Shown in pieces: positions 1 through 13,498 of a stretch of DNA of 64,000 nt (position 1 is its first letter; each line of letters starts with the position of its first letter). The DNA lies in the NCBI RefSeq assembly GCF_036971445.1, contig NC_091473.1, positions 207,762,001 to 207,826,000 of the forward strand, given 5' to 3'. Below the pieces are notes generated by a model. The model ran no database searches, was not told the origin of the DNA, and was given only the letters and a program-made list of their open reading frames with translations. The position numbers were made by a program, and so were the translations under genes. The DNA is from Narcine bancroftii (taxonomy: Eukaryota).

Positions 1-3000
1 AGGTTATAAATTCATGTTAAGACATCCAGCTGTGCTTAAAATATTTATCCCCAGGGACCAAAGCAGACTGTTCTCGGATCCGGAGGAAGCACAAGAATTT
101 GCAGAACGCTTGCAGGACAGAAGGAGAGATGAAGAGATGTAATAAGAATGAAGAATGGCGATAAAATATATATAAAGAACTAAAGAAGGGAAAGAGAAGG
201 GAAGGAAGGAAGTAAGGGGAAAAAAGGGAGAACTTTGTGTATGTGTGTAAAAAAAGTGTTTTCTGGGGGGGGGTTGGGGGAGAGAGAATAACCGTCACTG
301 TGAAATCAGTTGACGCTTGCGAGCAAGATCACAATCGAAATGGAAAGGGGAGTTGTAGTTGCCCAGCAAGGGATAAGGGGCAACTCAGGGGGAGGGGGGG
401 AGGTGGTGTTTGGGGTTAAGGTAATATTTGATGTGTGAGTTGTTGGAGTATTTTATGTTTTAAATGTTTTGTCATACATTGAGTTCAAAAAAGGAAAGCT
501 GAGAGATGAAAATGGGGGAAAGGGGGATGGTGGTGGTGAGGAAGAGGAAATGAGGTGTGAACAGGATATGAGATGGCCACGTTGAACTATATGTCTATAA
601 GCATTAATGGAATACATAACCAAATTAAAAGGAAGAGGCTATTAAACTTACTGAAAAAAGAAAACATAGATATAGTATTTGTGCAGGAAACGCATCTAAC
701 TGAAGTGGAACATAACAAATTAAAGAGAGACTCCTTCGGACACGTAGCGGCAGCGTCATATAATTCAAAAGCTAGAGGTGTAGCTATATTGATTAATAAA
801 AATGTAGCAATCAAAATAGAGGAAGAAATAATAGATCCAGCAGGGACATATGTAATGATAAACTGTCAGATATATTCAGATTTTTGGAACTTGAGGAGGA
901 TCAAAAGTTTATGCAAGATTTTTTTTGAAGATTGTAGATACACAAGGAAATATATTGATAGGAGGGGATTTTAACCTTAATTTGGATCCAATGTTGGATA
1001 AAACTGGACAAAAGACTAGTAAAAAGAATAAAGTGGCCAAGTTTATGGTTAAATCAATGCAGGAAATGACAATTATAGATATATGGAGGAGGCAGCACCC
1101 AAGAGAGAAGGAATACTCATATTATTCAAGTAGGGATAAAACATACTCAAGGATTGATATGTTTTTGTTGTCGGCCCTTAATCAAGGGAGAGTTAGGAAA
1201 ACTGAATATAAAGTAAGATTACTATCTGATCATTCACTCCTGTTATTAGCAATAGAACTGGAGGACATCCCACCAAGAACATATATCTTTACAGGTTAAA
1301 TAAACTTCCTGCTACTTAAAAAGCAGGAATTTAGAGAGTTTATTGAAGGTCAAATAAAACATATTTTGAAATAAATACAGAATGAGTGAAAGGCAAATTT
1401 ATATTATGGTTGCAATGAAAGCCTTGATTAGAGGGCAGATAATAATATGTGAAACTAAGATGAAAAAGCAATGCAATCGGGAAATCGAGCAGTTCAAAAG
1501 GGAGATTGTAAGTACAGAAAAGGAACTAGTAAAAAGGGATGATATACTGAAAAGGAGAGAATTGGCGGACAAAAAAATAAAATACGAAACATTACAAACA
1601 TACAAGGTGGAGAAGAACAAAATGAAAATAAAGCAAACATATTGCGAACTAGGAGAAAAAATAAATCACAAAATATTAGCCTGGCAACTTAAAACAGAAC
1701 AAGCTAAAAGAACTGTATTGGCATCAAGGAAAAAGGACAGACAAATTACATTTAACCCAATAGAGATTAATGAGAACTTTAAGGAATTTTATGAACAATT
1801 ATACCAAACTGAGAAGGAGGGGAAATATGATAAAATAGAAGAGTTTTTAGCTAAAATTGAACTATTGAAATTGCAAGAGGAACAAAACAAACTGATAAAC
1901 CATTTGAAACAGAGCAATTACAGGATATATTAAAAAGGCTGCCGAACAATAAAATGCCTGGAGAGGATGGATTCCCAATAGAATACTATAAAACATTTAA
2001 AGAGGTATTAATTCCTCCTCTCCTGGAAGTAATGAACCAAACTGAATAAACACAAAACTTGCCAGATTCATGTAAGACATCAATAATTACAGTAATACCA
2101 AAGACAGGGAAGGATCCATTAACACCAGCATCATAGAGACCAATATCTCTACTTAATTCAGATTATAAAATAATAGCAAAATTATTAGCATACACATTGT
2201 TCGATTGTGTACCAAAAATAGTAAAACATGATCAATCTGCATTTATTAAGAAAAGACGAACAGCGATAATGCCTGTAAACTTATTAATCTAATTCATGCA
2301 GTTCAAGGAAATAAGAAGCTAACAGTGGCTGTTGATTTAGATGCAGAAAAAGCCTTTGACAGAGTAGAATGCAATTATTTATTTAAAGTATTACAGAGGT
2401 TCAATCTACCAGAAAAATATATTAATTGGATTAAATCATATAATGGACCATTGGTGAAGGTAACAGTAAATGGATATGTATCGAACCAATTTAAATGAAG
2501 TCGATCATCTAGACAGGTATGTCCATTATCCCCCTCATTGTTTGCTTCAGCAATAGAACCATTGGCAGAACTGATAAGAACAGAAAATAAAATGAAAGGG
2601 ATAAAATAAAGGAGGAGTAAAAAATCAGTTTTTTGCAGATGACATCATAGTATACTTAACAGAACCAGAAATATCAATAAAAGAATTACATAAGAAATTG
2701 AAGGAGTATGGAGAAATATCGGGGTACAAGATCAACGCAAATAAACGTGAAGTGATGCCAATGAGTAACGCGGATTATACAGAATTTAAAAAAGATTCAC
2801 CATTTAAATGGCAAACACAAGCAATCCAATACCTAGGTATTGGGTTAGATAATAACTTAAGCCACCTGTACAAACTAAATTATCAGCCACTAATAAAGAA
2901 ATGACAGGAAGACTTAGAACATTGGAAAGAATTACCACTAACGTTGATAGGGAGGGTAAATTGCATTAAAATGAATGTCTTCCCAAGGATACAATACTTA

Positions 3001-4598
3001 TTTCAATCGTTGCCAATTCCCTTAATAGAGAAATTCTTTAATGAACGAAAGAGAGTAATAAGGAAATTTTTGTGGAAAGAGTGGAAACCGAGGATAGCTT
3101 AAGATAAATTGACAGAAAGATACAATCAAGGTTGTTTACAATTACCAAACTTTAAAAAGTATTATAGAGCAGCACAATTAAGGTATTTATCAGATTTTTA
3201 CCAGACAAGGGAAAAACCAGACTGGAATAAGATAGAACTAAATAATATAGGGGAGCAGGTACCGTAACATACACTTTATGAGTGGGAGGAAAAGCTGGTG
3301 CAATATAAAAGCTCACCAGTATTGCATCATTTACTTAATATATGGAAGAAGATCCACTTAGAAAGGAAAAAAATGATTTACCAAATACCAAAATTGTATT
3401 GACACAAAACCCACTAATCCCTTTTGCAATAGATAACCTTTCCTTTAGAGAATGGGAGAGAAAAGGAATCAAAAGAATAGAAAATTGTTTTTTGAGAAAT
3501 AATTTATTAACATTTGAACAGTTGAAGTACAAATGTGGAATAACTCAATGTCTGCATATCATCAACTGAAAGCTTATTGAAAGGGTAAACTGGGAAACAG
3601 ACTGAGATTACTGGAAGGAAGCAGCTTTGAATATATGATTACAGACACAATGATAATTAAAAGATTTATAACAAACATGTACATTAAGCTGCAAGATAAG
3701 GAAAAGGATGAAATAAGCTATAAACCTAAACAAAAGTGGGGAAAAGGATTTAAACATAAAGATAAAAAAATGAAACATGGGAAAAATTATGTTCTGGAAG
3801 TATGAAGAATATAATAAACACAAGGTTATGCATGATACAGTATAATTTGTTACACAGGTTATATATCACGCCTCAAAAGTTAAAAGAATGGGATCCAACA
3901 TTATCAGATAGATGTTTTCACTGTAAGAAGGAAATGGGAACAACAGTACATGCAATTTGGGCATGTAAGAAAGTGAAAATGTTTTGGGAAGATCTAAATC
4001 GGATAATAAATAAAATCACAAAAATAACATACCAAAAAATCCAGAGATCTGGATTTTAATATAAGACGTAAGGAATTAGGCCTCAAATTGGATAAAGCGC
4101 AAAAAAGATTTATTATGACAGCCTTAGCAGTAACCAAAAAATGTATAATGTCAACTTGGAAAATGGAAGAGAGCCTGAGAATACAGCAAAGGTACATGGA
4201 AATGAATAATGTATTCCTTTGGAAAAAAATAACATTTAAAAAATAAAGTCACATTATTTGAACAAATTTGGGAACCATACATGGAACATAACAGAGAGTG
4301 CTTGCCTCGGACCTCCACCCCATAAATGATAAAAAGACAAAACGACTTGATCCAGTAGGTAAAAGTAGATGACACATTTTTCATGTTTATTTTTCATTGT
4401 GTGATGACATTGTTTAATGGTATATGTTGAATATTTATTGGTTTTGGAGGGGGTGGGAAAGGGGGAGGTAGGGTAGGGGGGGAAAAGGGAGAAAATGCCA
4501 CTGTGTATATTTAATGAGAAACGTTTGTTTTTATTTTGATTGACACGGTTCACAGAGTGAAAAATAAAAAATTATAATAAAATAAAAAGTTAAAAAAT
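1..4598 (+). mobile_element. L1-clade LINE, degenerate; 5' part runs off the window
   Basis: ORF2 from 573: APE endonuclease (DIVFVQETHL, GGDFN, YSRIDMFL, SDH), RT fragments (DAEKAFDRVE, FADD), C-terminal RCFHC...H..WAC; many stops and frameshifts; A-rich tail about 4560-4598. Confidence 0.92.
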
Positions 4599-5489
4599 AT
4601 GAACCTGTTGCTGCACTAACATAACAGAAATTTCATTTTGTTTTGCTATGAGTTTGTCTTGTCCACCATAACTTGCGAATGGTTGTCTTGTGAATGGACC
4701 AAACAGAACTTGAACTGGTGCCATAGGTGTAGGAGCTTGATTTGTAAGTGATGGCATCCTTGACTTGTTGCTAGTTCTTCTGCAACATGAAGAGACATAA
4801 ATGGTTGAGTATGATCAACTCGCTTGGTTTTGTGGTGGCCTGCAATTGCAGAGATCGGGCCAGCACATTGCGCGGTGGGCAGACGTGGACAGAGATCGCT
4901 AAAGCGACTCCCAGGATAACCGAAGGGCCTACTCCAGCTCCTATTGTCTATTGTCTAAACCAGCAGGGGTCGAAGCTGGGGGAGCATCAGACTAACAGCC
5001 ATAATATGGAGTTGGTCAAGCTGCCCAGTTAACTCAGCAGAAACAGGCTTTGTACGAAGGGCCTTCATATGCATGGATGTTCCCACCTGCTATTGTTATT
5101 CATATGGATGAACTCAGTCAATCAGCAAAAGTGGCCTTTCCATCCCGAATAATGGAGTGAGCTTAACCTACCACACAGTGTGTGTCTTTCTTTAGGCACT
5201 TTCAAATGGCCACAATACCCGACTGGAAAGCCGCACATTGTGCTCCTGTGGCCATCTGAAACAGGAGTATCCGGCCAGGAGGTCTACTCACCCAACTCTT
5301 CTGTAGTAGGTCTAAAATCTTGCTTGGAGTATCCACCGTGGCAGCTGAAAGAAGCTGGGCTGCCAGAGGGTGGGCTGATGATGTCGCGGTGATGTCATCA
5401 GCCATCAACTCTGTCCTGTATACTGCAGTGATATCGTACTTTATAATATCAGATTAATCAATTTGAAATTGTTATTTGGAAGTAAAGAC

Positions 5490-5760
5490 ACCAAGGTGAG
5501 GAAGCTCAGCTGTTCGAACGGTGTCCTTTGCGTGGCGGGGGCGGGAATGCATGATCAACTGCGGGCTTGAGCCCTTCATCAAGGTATCAATTCCAGGCCT
5601 TGCAGTTTGGCCCCTGTAGGGATTTCAGGTACTACACAGCACTGACTGCTGCTCTCTCCACTTCTCCCTCAAGCATGCCTTGATGAAGGGCTCAAGCCCG
5701 AAATGTCGGTTGTGTATTTTTGCCCTTTGCTACATGGAGGACACTCTTGACCTGCTGAGT
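5490..5760. mobile_element. Two opposed Penelope-like terminal fragments
   Basis: gggcttgagcccttcatcaagg (5563-5584) is the reverse complement of ccttgatgaagggctcaagccc (5678-5699); followed by ...gacctgctgagt, as recalled for chondrichthyan Penelope ends. Confidence 0.6.
5675..5714 (+). ncRNA. Minimal hammerhead-ribozyme-like motif (Penelope type), probably decayed
   Basis: gcc-TTGATGA-a-GGGC(tcaa)GCCC-GAAA-tGTC^ggt: core boxes, stem II hairpin and GUC triplet present; C3 is U and stems I/III are weak. Confidence 0.5.
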
Positions 5761-5979
5761 GAACTGGTAACCATTCACCAAAACAAACTTGCCTGGACTA
5801 TCCATCTCAATGGCAGGAGGTGGAGTTAAACTGAGCAAAGTTGACTTCTAATTGGTTTAGCTAGTGTATCTCCATCTATCATAGATAGCCCTGTAGGATT
5901 GGACATATACCCCCCCCCCACCAACAGACACCCTCAACAGGCACCCCCCCCAACGTCTCAAAGGTTGCCATGGATATTG

Positions 5980-6819
5980 TCTATGCGTGGACGTATGTAA
6001 ACCCCACTTCATGAGGCAAGCAAACACACTGTACAGTTGCACTGGTTGCAGTAAGAGTGAGTGTCTCATCAGCTCCGGGGAAAGGGGCCAAGGAATCCTG
6101 CAGAGGGCAAATAAGAGCCACTGATACTGGAACAGCTTCCAGCCCAAAGTCACATAAATCAGAAGTCAGAAGGAAAGGAATCTCATACAAAGCATGTCGC
6201 AACAACAGAACTGTGCCTTGGTCTTAAACTGTGGAGAACTCAAAGTGGTAACCAAGTGACCTCTTTTCAACTGTTTAGTGACAACTTTGTATCTTTCTAG
6301 ATTGATGTGAATGCATGGAGTAACTTGGGGAGGAGGGTGTGGAGAATGGCTGGTGCATTCAGCCCGCTGCTTCCTTGATGTATGTGCACACCTTTCGTCC
6401 GACATGACTGGTTGAAAGTCCGGCCGTGGAGACACTCGTCGTAGCCAGTGGGGACATTCCCCCCATGGTTGCCAGTCCCATCCCAGGTTTGTCACCACGG
6501 CATTTGTGCTACCCTTTTCTCCACTGCAGTGCCGTCAGTCCAACCTAACCTTGCACCACTTTCCCTTCTGTCCTCCATGCTCCTGATTCTGTTGTGTTCC
6601 ACATCAGCCTGATGCGCTGCAATGATGTCAAGGCAGTGTGGGTGGGACTAGACCACTGTCCCGAGGAGCCGGCTTTCATGGGTAGATGTGACCAAGTCCC
6701 TCAGCTGGTACGTTCAAGTGCCAAAAAGGCATCCACTCTGTGGCCACCAAAACGTGCCAGCTGAACTCCCCTAGCCGCAACTGCCGACGCATGATCTTCG
6801 TGGGAAACCCTAAAAGCAG

Positions 6820-6820
<1 letters not shown>
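5980..6820 (-). mobile_element. Highly decayed Gypsy-like LTR-retrotransposon fragment
   Basis: Minus-strand peptides PFLLTSDLCDFGLEAV (RNase H-like) and YQLRDLVT (SCAN-type gag-like); weak. Confidence 0.3.

Positions 6821-6850
<30 letters not shown>
6821..6850. repeat. (TG)15 microsatellite
   Basis: Direct reading. Confidence 0.98.
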
Positions 6851-6853
<3 letters not shown>

Positions 6854-6859
6854 CTTCGT

Positions 6860-8050
6860 AGTGGTCAGCTACAGTTTAACCTTTTTGAAATGTTCTCCTT
6901 TCGGGAACATTCAAATATTGTGCGCTCGGAAAAGATTGAATGTCACGAGCTCTTTCCACTTAGTTGGTCATTGACATTCGAGTACTATCAGCGCCACCCG
7001 TGGTTCCTTGCTCGAGTATACATGTTTCTTGTGGCTGCAGTACCCAATGCTATGCAGGAATGTTAGGTGCTAGCTCTTTGGGTGTTTCACTTTGAGTGAT
7101 AGATCTTGCAGAAGCCTGAGCTAATGCTTTGACTTTGGCCAAATTCATAGCATATTGTTCCTCAAGATGTAGTCTTTTCTTTTCTCTCTTCAATAATCTT
7201 TTTTGTTCTTCTTGCTGATTCTTCATTTCAGCTTCCATATCTTCTAAAGCACATCTTTTCTCCAACCACTCGCGTTGTGTACAGATAGTAGCCAAGTCTG
7301 CTTGCGCCTTAGCAGGCATAGCTGACATGCTTGAAGCATATAAAGCTGTACTTCTTCTAGATGCCTTTGAAGATCTTCCTACGCTCATAACCTTGGAAAT
7401 ACTATCAGATATCACTGATTGAGCCTCTGTCTTCAGCATTTTGCTTGGTACAGCACCAGTAGGGCTTTGCAACATTGATTCACCAGTTTCAGTGCCACTA
7501 ACTTTTAAGTCAGCTCATGAGGCATGAAGTGCCTTCTTCCTTGGTAGTTGAAGCAGCTTCTTCAATAGTGGCTGGTTCCAATCTCCTGCCAATCGTTGTT
7601 GGTTTGCCTTGCTGGCTCAACTCACAACCAAACGGTTCTGAGAGGAGCTGTTTGCTTGAGGTCTTTAGACCGATGAGACCGCTTCTCAATCTTGGATTCT
7701 TCACACTGCAGCCTGTCTTCTCCTGGTTCCTGAGAATTGTAAACAAATTTGTATCTCACGTGGTCCCTTTGAGAAGATTTCGCTGGCTGAATTGTCTCTG
7801 TGTTCTGCACACAAACTTTTGTTTCAGTTCTTTTTAGAACACATACTTCTGGTCTACCTGCCACATTCTGTGGTCCATCAGCTATTATCTCTTCAAGGTT
7901 ACAGGTGTCTGCAGTCAGACAGATATGTTCTAAACGAGGCTTCGGGAATATTCTCACAAACTTCTCATTAAAGCTTAAATTCTTGTTGCATACAAATTTT
8001 ATGCGCCTTTCTTCCAATCAAAGTTCACATACATAACTTTTCTTTGAATA
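6860..8050 (-). mobile_element. BEL/Pao-like gag N-terminal fragment
   Basis: Ser-rich stretch followed by a coiled coil (SSMSAMPAKAQADLA...LEKRCALE...KKRLHLEEQYA...AKVKAL), resembling fish BEL/Pao gag starts. Confidence 0.5.
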
Positions 8051-8450
8051 AAATATAGACGATACTTCCCAATTTCTAATATTTCCCACTTTCAAAACTT
8101 GTCATCTTCAAGAAAATGTGAGCGATGATATTCCAAATTACTCTTTTATTAATCCAATAAATCAAACTTTGTAGATGAAGCTTTAAGTTGTTGATAAAAT
8201 GAATAAATATTTTGCATAACTTTACATTGAGATTTTCATAACAACGAGTAAACAAGGCATATATTGTAATAATGATATGGCAAAATTCAACTTTAAACAT
8301 TAAAAGAAGAAATAGACAAAATAGATGAATTAAGATTTAATTCAAGGACAAGTATCTTGAGCTTATGTGTCTGTCGGGATTCTTCAAAGAATGAAATATG
8401 AGTTCTCTGTCCCCCTGAATATTATGACATATGACATCATTAGCCACTAT

Positions 8451-9995
8451 TTTTTTTCTCTTTGGCTTGGCTTCGCGGACGAAGATTTATGGAGGGTGTA
8501 AAAAGTCCACGTCAGCTGCAGGCTCGTTTGTGGCTGACAAGTCCGATGCGGGACAGGCAGACACGGTTGCAGCGGTTGCAGGGGAAAATTGGTTGGTTGG
8601 GGTTGGGTGTTGGGTTTTTCCTCCTTTGCCTTTTGTCAGTGAGGTGGGCTCTGCGGTCTTCTTCAAAGGAGGTTGCTGCCCGCCAAACTGTGAGGCGCCA
8701 AGATGCACGGTTTGAGGCGTTATCAGCCCACTGGCGGTGGTCAATGTGGCAGGCACCAAGAGATTTCTTTAGGCAGTCCTTGTACCTTTTCTTTGGTGCA
8801 CCTCTGTCACGGTGGCCAGTGGAGAGCTCGCCATATAACACGATCTTGGGATGGCGATGGTCCTCCATTCTGGAGACGTGACCCATCCAGCGCAGCTGGA
8901 TCTTCAGCAGCGTGGACTCGATGCTGTCGAACTCTGCCATCTCGAGTACTTCGACGTTAGGGATGAAAGCGCTCCAATGGATGTTGAGGATGGAGCGGAG
9001 ACAACGCTGGTGGAAGTGTTCTAAGAGCCGTAGGTGGTGCCGGTAGAGGACCCATGATTCGGAGCCGAACAGGAGTGTGGGTATGACAACGGCTCTGTAT
9101 ACGCTTATCTTTGTGAGGTTTTTCAGTTGGTTGTTTTTCCAGACTCTTTTGTGTAGTCTTCCAAAGGCGCTATTTGCCTTGGCGAGTCTGTTGTCTCTCT
9201 CATTGTCGATCCTTGCATCTGATGAAATGGTGCAGCCGAGATAGGTAAACTGGTTGACCGTTTTGAGTTTTGTGTGCCCGATGGAGATGTCAGCCTTGTC
9301 TAGCATGGTTCTGATGTTCCAGCATGCTAGCTTGAGTTTGTGAGCATCTTTTGAGGGGGAGGACGTGGAGGGGGAGGACGTGGAGGGGGAGGACGTGGAC
9401 TTGTCCTCGGGCCTGCGCAAAGGAGCTTTTAGGTGGAGTGCAGTGCGCGCAGTACTGGCCCCACCCTTTACACCCATGGTTCGTGTGCCGTGGCCGAGCA
9501 AGCTGGGACGTGGCAGCGAGGTCCTTGGGTCGTAGGTTTTATATCGGAGTGGCCTTCTCCTATGCAGGTTTCTTACCCGGGCTGGAGGGGCCTGCCTCCC
9601 CTCCTAGGTCGGTCCATACTGCCCGGACCGGGGCCGAGGCCGCCGCAGCTCACGCTGTGCCTGGACTGGGGCCGCCACCTCCCACTCTCTGCCCGGATCG
9701 GGGCCTCCGCCTGCCCCACTCGACCGAGGCCGGGGCCGCTGTCTGCCCCTTGCTCCTGCCCGGATCGGGCAGGAGCGGCCCCGGCCTCGGTCCGGGCGAA
9801 GGGTAGACGGCGGCGGCCCCGATACGGGCAGGAGCAAGGGGGAGACGGCGGCCCCGGCCTCGGTCCAGTGAGGCAGGTGGAGGCCCCGATACGGGCAGAG
9901 AGTTGGAGGCGGCGGCCCCAGTCCGGGCACAGGGAGAGCAGCAGTGGCCCCGGCCCCGGCGAAGGGTAGGCGGCGGCGGCCCCGATCCGGGCAGG
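8451..9995 (-). mobile_element. RTE-clade LINE, internally deleted and 5'-inverted
   Basis: 12-bp TSD attagccactat (8439-8450, 9996-10007); near-identical to the copy at 50336-53891; ORF joins TMLDKAD directly to ISIGHTKL. Confidence 0.95.
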
Positions 9996-11059
9996 ATTAG
10001 CCACTATAGTAATACTACAAACAATAATATCTTCAAGGGATAGGCACAAAATTAACTACAAATCAAAAACACAAGGTTTCAACCTTTGCACTTAGTTCCC
10101 AAAAATGATCCAGTGTTTGCTGATCTGCTTACCCACAAAACTACTGATAGGCTGGTGGTTTTCTCACTGGAATATTGGAGGCTGAAAGGGGAATAGGTTT
10201 GTCAAATCACAAGGAGCTGGAAAAGGTAAATAGTCACAGTCGTCTCACTGGGGGAGGGAAGTCTAAAACTTGAGGACATCATTTTCAGGAAGAGGAGAAA
10301 GAGTTTAAAGTTACCTGAAGGACAAATTTCTTGCTGTGTATTTGGAACATGTTGCCTGTGGAAGTGGCAGATGTGTGTACCATTCTACAATTTAAAAGAT
10401 ACCATGGATGTCGGTATATATTTAAATCTTATAAATGTCACAGCAAAACATTTTATAAAATAAAATCTGAACTATTAAGCTCCTACAGTCCTACCACTAA
10501 ATATTTTCCTACTGAAAATGATGTTTCAGAAATTGAATTTATAGTGATGGTGTAGCGGGCCGAGTGACCGCGCGAGTAAACAGGCTGAATTGGTGGTCCA
10601 AGATGGCAGGGAACCCCCTTCATTACTGAGAAGGAGCCTGCACCTAGCTCCACATGTGGGATAAGGAGTGGGGAAGTGTGTAAAATACAGCAGAGGACTA
10701 GCAGCTCCAATGCTCAGAGGGAAAGATGTTCAGAGCTGGCACTTCTAAAGAGGAGCAGAGGCCAGTGGCCTGGCGAGGTCCTTCTTTGTTCCATATCCTG
10801 GGTTCATAGATGGTTGAATTATGAGGGGGGGGGGGGGAGGGAAGGAAGTCTGGTTGCTCAGTGACAAATGTTGTTTGTTGGTTGCTGTGAAAAATGGAAG
10901 GGAGTTGTCAAAGTGTCGTAGGCACACAATGGTGGCGGGGGGAGAGAGAGAAAGAGAGAAAGAGAGAGGGATATATAGGGACAAGGCTAAAAGCAAACAG
11001 AATGGGAAAATGTATAATTGGGAAGGGAAAATGTGATATGGCAGGAAGTCGGGAGAGTA

Positions 11060-11240
11060 AACTGGTAAAAGATGTTCATAGGAGAAAGCACAGAAGCTAC
11101 ATGGAGAAGGTTTCAGGACCACTTGCCCAGGGTTCTGGATAGATTTGTGGCACTGAGACAGGGAAAAGATGGTAGAAAAAAGGACCTGTGCTTGACAACA
11201 CTGGCAAAGCAACTCGGTAAGAGGAAGAAGGAAACCTATA
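11060..11240 (+). mobile_element. CR1 ORF2 fragment
   Basis: WRRFQDHLPRVLDRFVALRQGK...KRKKETY parallels WKSFKDQTLRVQKLYVPVRLKG...RRKREAY in the CR1 ORF at 19153-20277. Confidence 0.55.
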
Positions 11241-11446
11241 TGGGTGTAACCTGCTTTATGAAACTAGAGCAATCTTATGAATCTTTCATTAACCAAAATG
11301 GCATAAAACAAAGACCCATTCCACTACCATTGATGGCTATTTTTGCAAAAGCCCATTCAAAATCCATTCGTCCTTTCATAAAAGTGAACACAGGTTTCTT
11401 CATACAAGTGAATTTTCGTTAAGCAGGTATTTGTAAAAGGGGGTAT

Positions 11447-12130
11447 TGTGAGTGGTGCAGTGAATAAAGCACAACAGAAGTTGTCTGTGAGCCGAACCAA
11501 CAGAACTGTTTAATGGAATTTTGGCAGGAGTCTAAATAATTACCATTGGCGTGCTATTACAATCACACATCGCCCAGAGTTCTTTGTGCCCCCCAGCCAC
11601 TGGATATTCCTGATCCTGCGGGGACCCGCAACTACGAATTCCAGTTTGATAATGTAATAGTGTGGTTTGCCACATAATCCTCCCCCCGCCCCATTGTTTG
11701 GAGGTGACACCATAGTCTCACCTGTATGGTTAGAATCAATTGGCGAACGCCCCTTGCACCAGCGGCATGTCACCTGTACTGGCTGATGTAGGTCCACATG
11801 TGCCGGCTTAAGGTGATCTCCCAAAACAATTTATTGCCTGCGCCAATGTCTATTACAAACGTTGAGTCTTCATTCTGTTTCACCTGGAATGGACCTTCAT
11901 ATGGACGTTACAACAGTGACCTGTGTACATCCTGGCACAAGAATACAGAAAGGCAGTCCTTGAGTTCAGGTGGAATGTATGAAGTCATAAACCCATGCTG
12001 GGTGGCTGGGACAGGCACCAATGTACCGACCTTCTCCCTTCAGTGTGTGAGTTCTGGTGGGATATTCCTGCTGCTCCTGTGCAGCTGGAATGAAATCCAC
12101 TGGGACCATTAGGAGGGGGTTCCCTAAACC
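11447..12130 (-). mobile_element. Gypsy integrase 3' end, PPT and LTR (LTR 11447-11674)
   Basis: DHLKPAHVD C-terminal motif, purine tract ggggcggggggagga just before a TGTG...CACA-bounded segment. Confidence 0.65.
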
Positions 12131-12134
12131 AATT

Positions 12135-12790
12135 CTGCAGAGGGCCTAGCTAGATCTTCCCTTCTCTGCATTCTATAGGGATTGCTCCCTTCGTGACTCC
12201 ATCCTCCACTTACTCCTCCCTACCAATCACCCCCTCGTCATCTTCCCCTGTGGCTGCAGGAGATGCCACAGGTGTCCACACCTCCTCCCTCACCACAGTT
12301 CGGAGCCTAAAGTGGGCCTTACAATTAAAACAACACTACTTCTGTATTCGCAGGAGAGATTTACTCCATTCGATGCTCTCTTTGTGGCCTTCTCTACAGG
12401 GAGACTGCTTCGCTGACAACCTTTGCTCTGTCTGCATCAATGACAGGGGCCTCCCTGTGGCCAACCATTTCAGTTCTGCGTCCCACTCCCATACTTGCAT
12501 GTCTGTCCATGCTCTCATGTATTATCCCACCATATTACCTGTAAATTGGAGGAACAACATCTCATTTTCCACCTGGCCACTTTCCATCTGGATAGCATTA
12601 ACATCGACTTTCTGCTTCTGCAAGGTTTCTGCTAACCTACTCTCCTCTCTCTCTCCCTCCCCTTCCCTCTGTCTTCCTTCCCTTAGCTCTCCACCTCCTT
12701 TCCTCTCTATTCACCTGGGCAGTCCTCCAGCCCTGCTTGCTGCTGTGCCCTCTCTGCCTTCTCCACCAATTTTCCTGCCTTTGGGACCAT
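12135..12790 (+). mobile_element. Penelope-like GIY-YIG endonuclease fragment
   Basis: HTSSLTTV...LPVANHFSSASHSHTCMSVHAL and LEEQHLIF-like residues, followed by a pyrimidine-rich 3' region. Confidence 0.75.
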
Positions 12791-13498
12791 GAGGAGTAGA
12801 GGTCAGTGGACTGGTATGGACCTTCCTTGTTTTCACTTCCTGGGTTTGTAGATGGCTGAATTGTGAGGGTGGTTGCTCAGTGACAGACGTTGATTATTGA
12901 CTGCTGACACCGTGCTGCTTTGAAAGATGGAAGTTGTCAAGTGTCGCAGGTGGAAGAGAGAGAGACCGAGAGGGGGAGGACATTTGGATGAGATCTATTT
13001 TCAACCAGGAAAGAAGAAATGGAATCGTATCCAAAAAGGAGGTGTGTTATGAAGTGGAAAGCAGACTGTATGGAAAAGGAGAAAGAAAGAGGGAACACAA
13101 GGAAGTGGGTTGAATGAAGGAGAGTGTGTGCAGGGTGGGTCCACAGTGCAGTATGTGAACACGTGACTATATTGTTGCTGTTCTCTGTGTGGTGTTGTTC
13201 AGCTAGGGATACACCGACATAATTTTGAATTTACTGGATGTCATTCAGAAGCCAGCTTGATGATCTGGACATGCAAGTTGACATCAAACTTGCTGGGAGG
13301 TCAAAAGTCATTTCATTAAATGTGTGGAATGAACTGCCTGCGTCAGTGGTTTTGACTTTGAGAAATAGGTTGGATTTTAAATCTGACACTGACATGCTTT
13401 GGTGAAGATTACCTGCTGACTATACCTGGTCTGGTCTGTACATGACTCCAGGCTGTGAAATGGCCCAGTGAGTCACCCAGTTCAAGAGCAGTTCGGGA

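Noticed and set aside
9351-10049. Several long Pro/Gly/Arg-rich ORFs on both strands
   Set aside because: Stop-poor GC-rich palindromic RTE 5' UTR, not genes.
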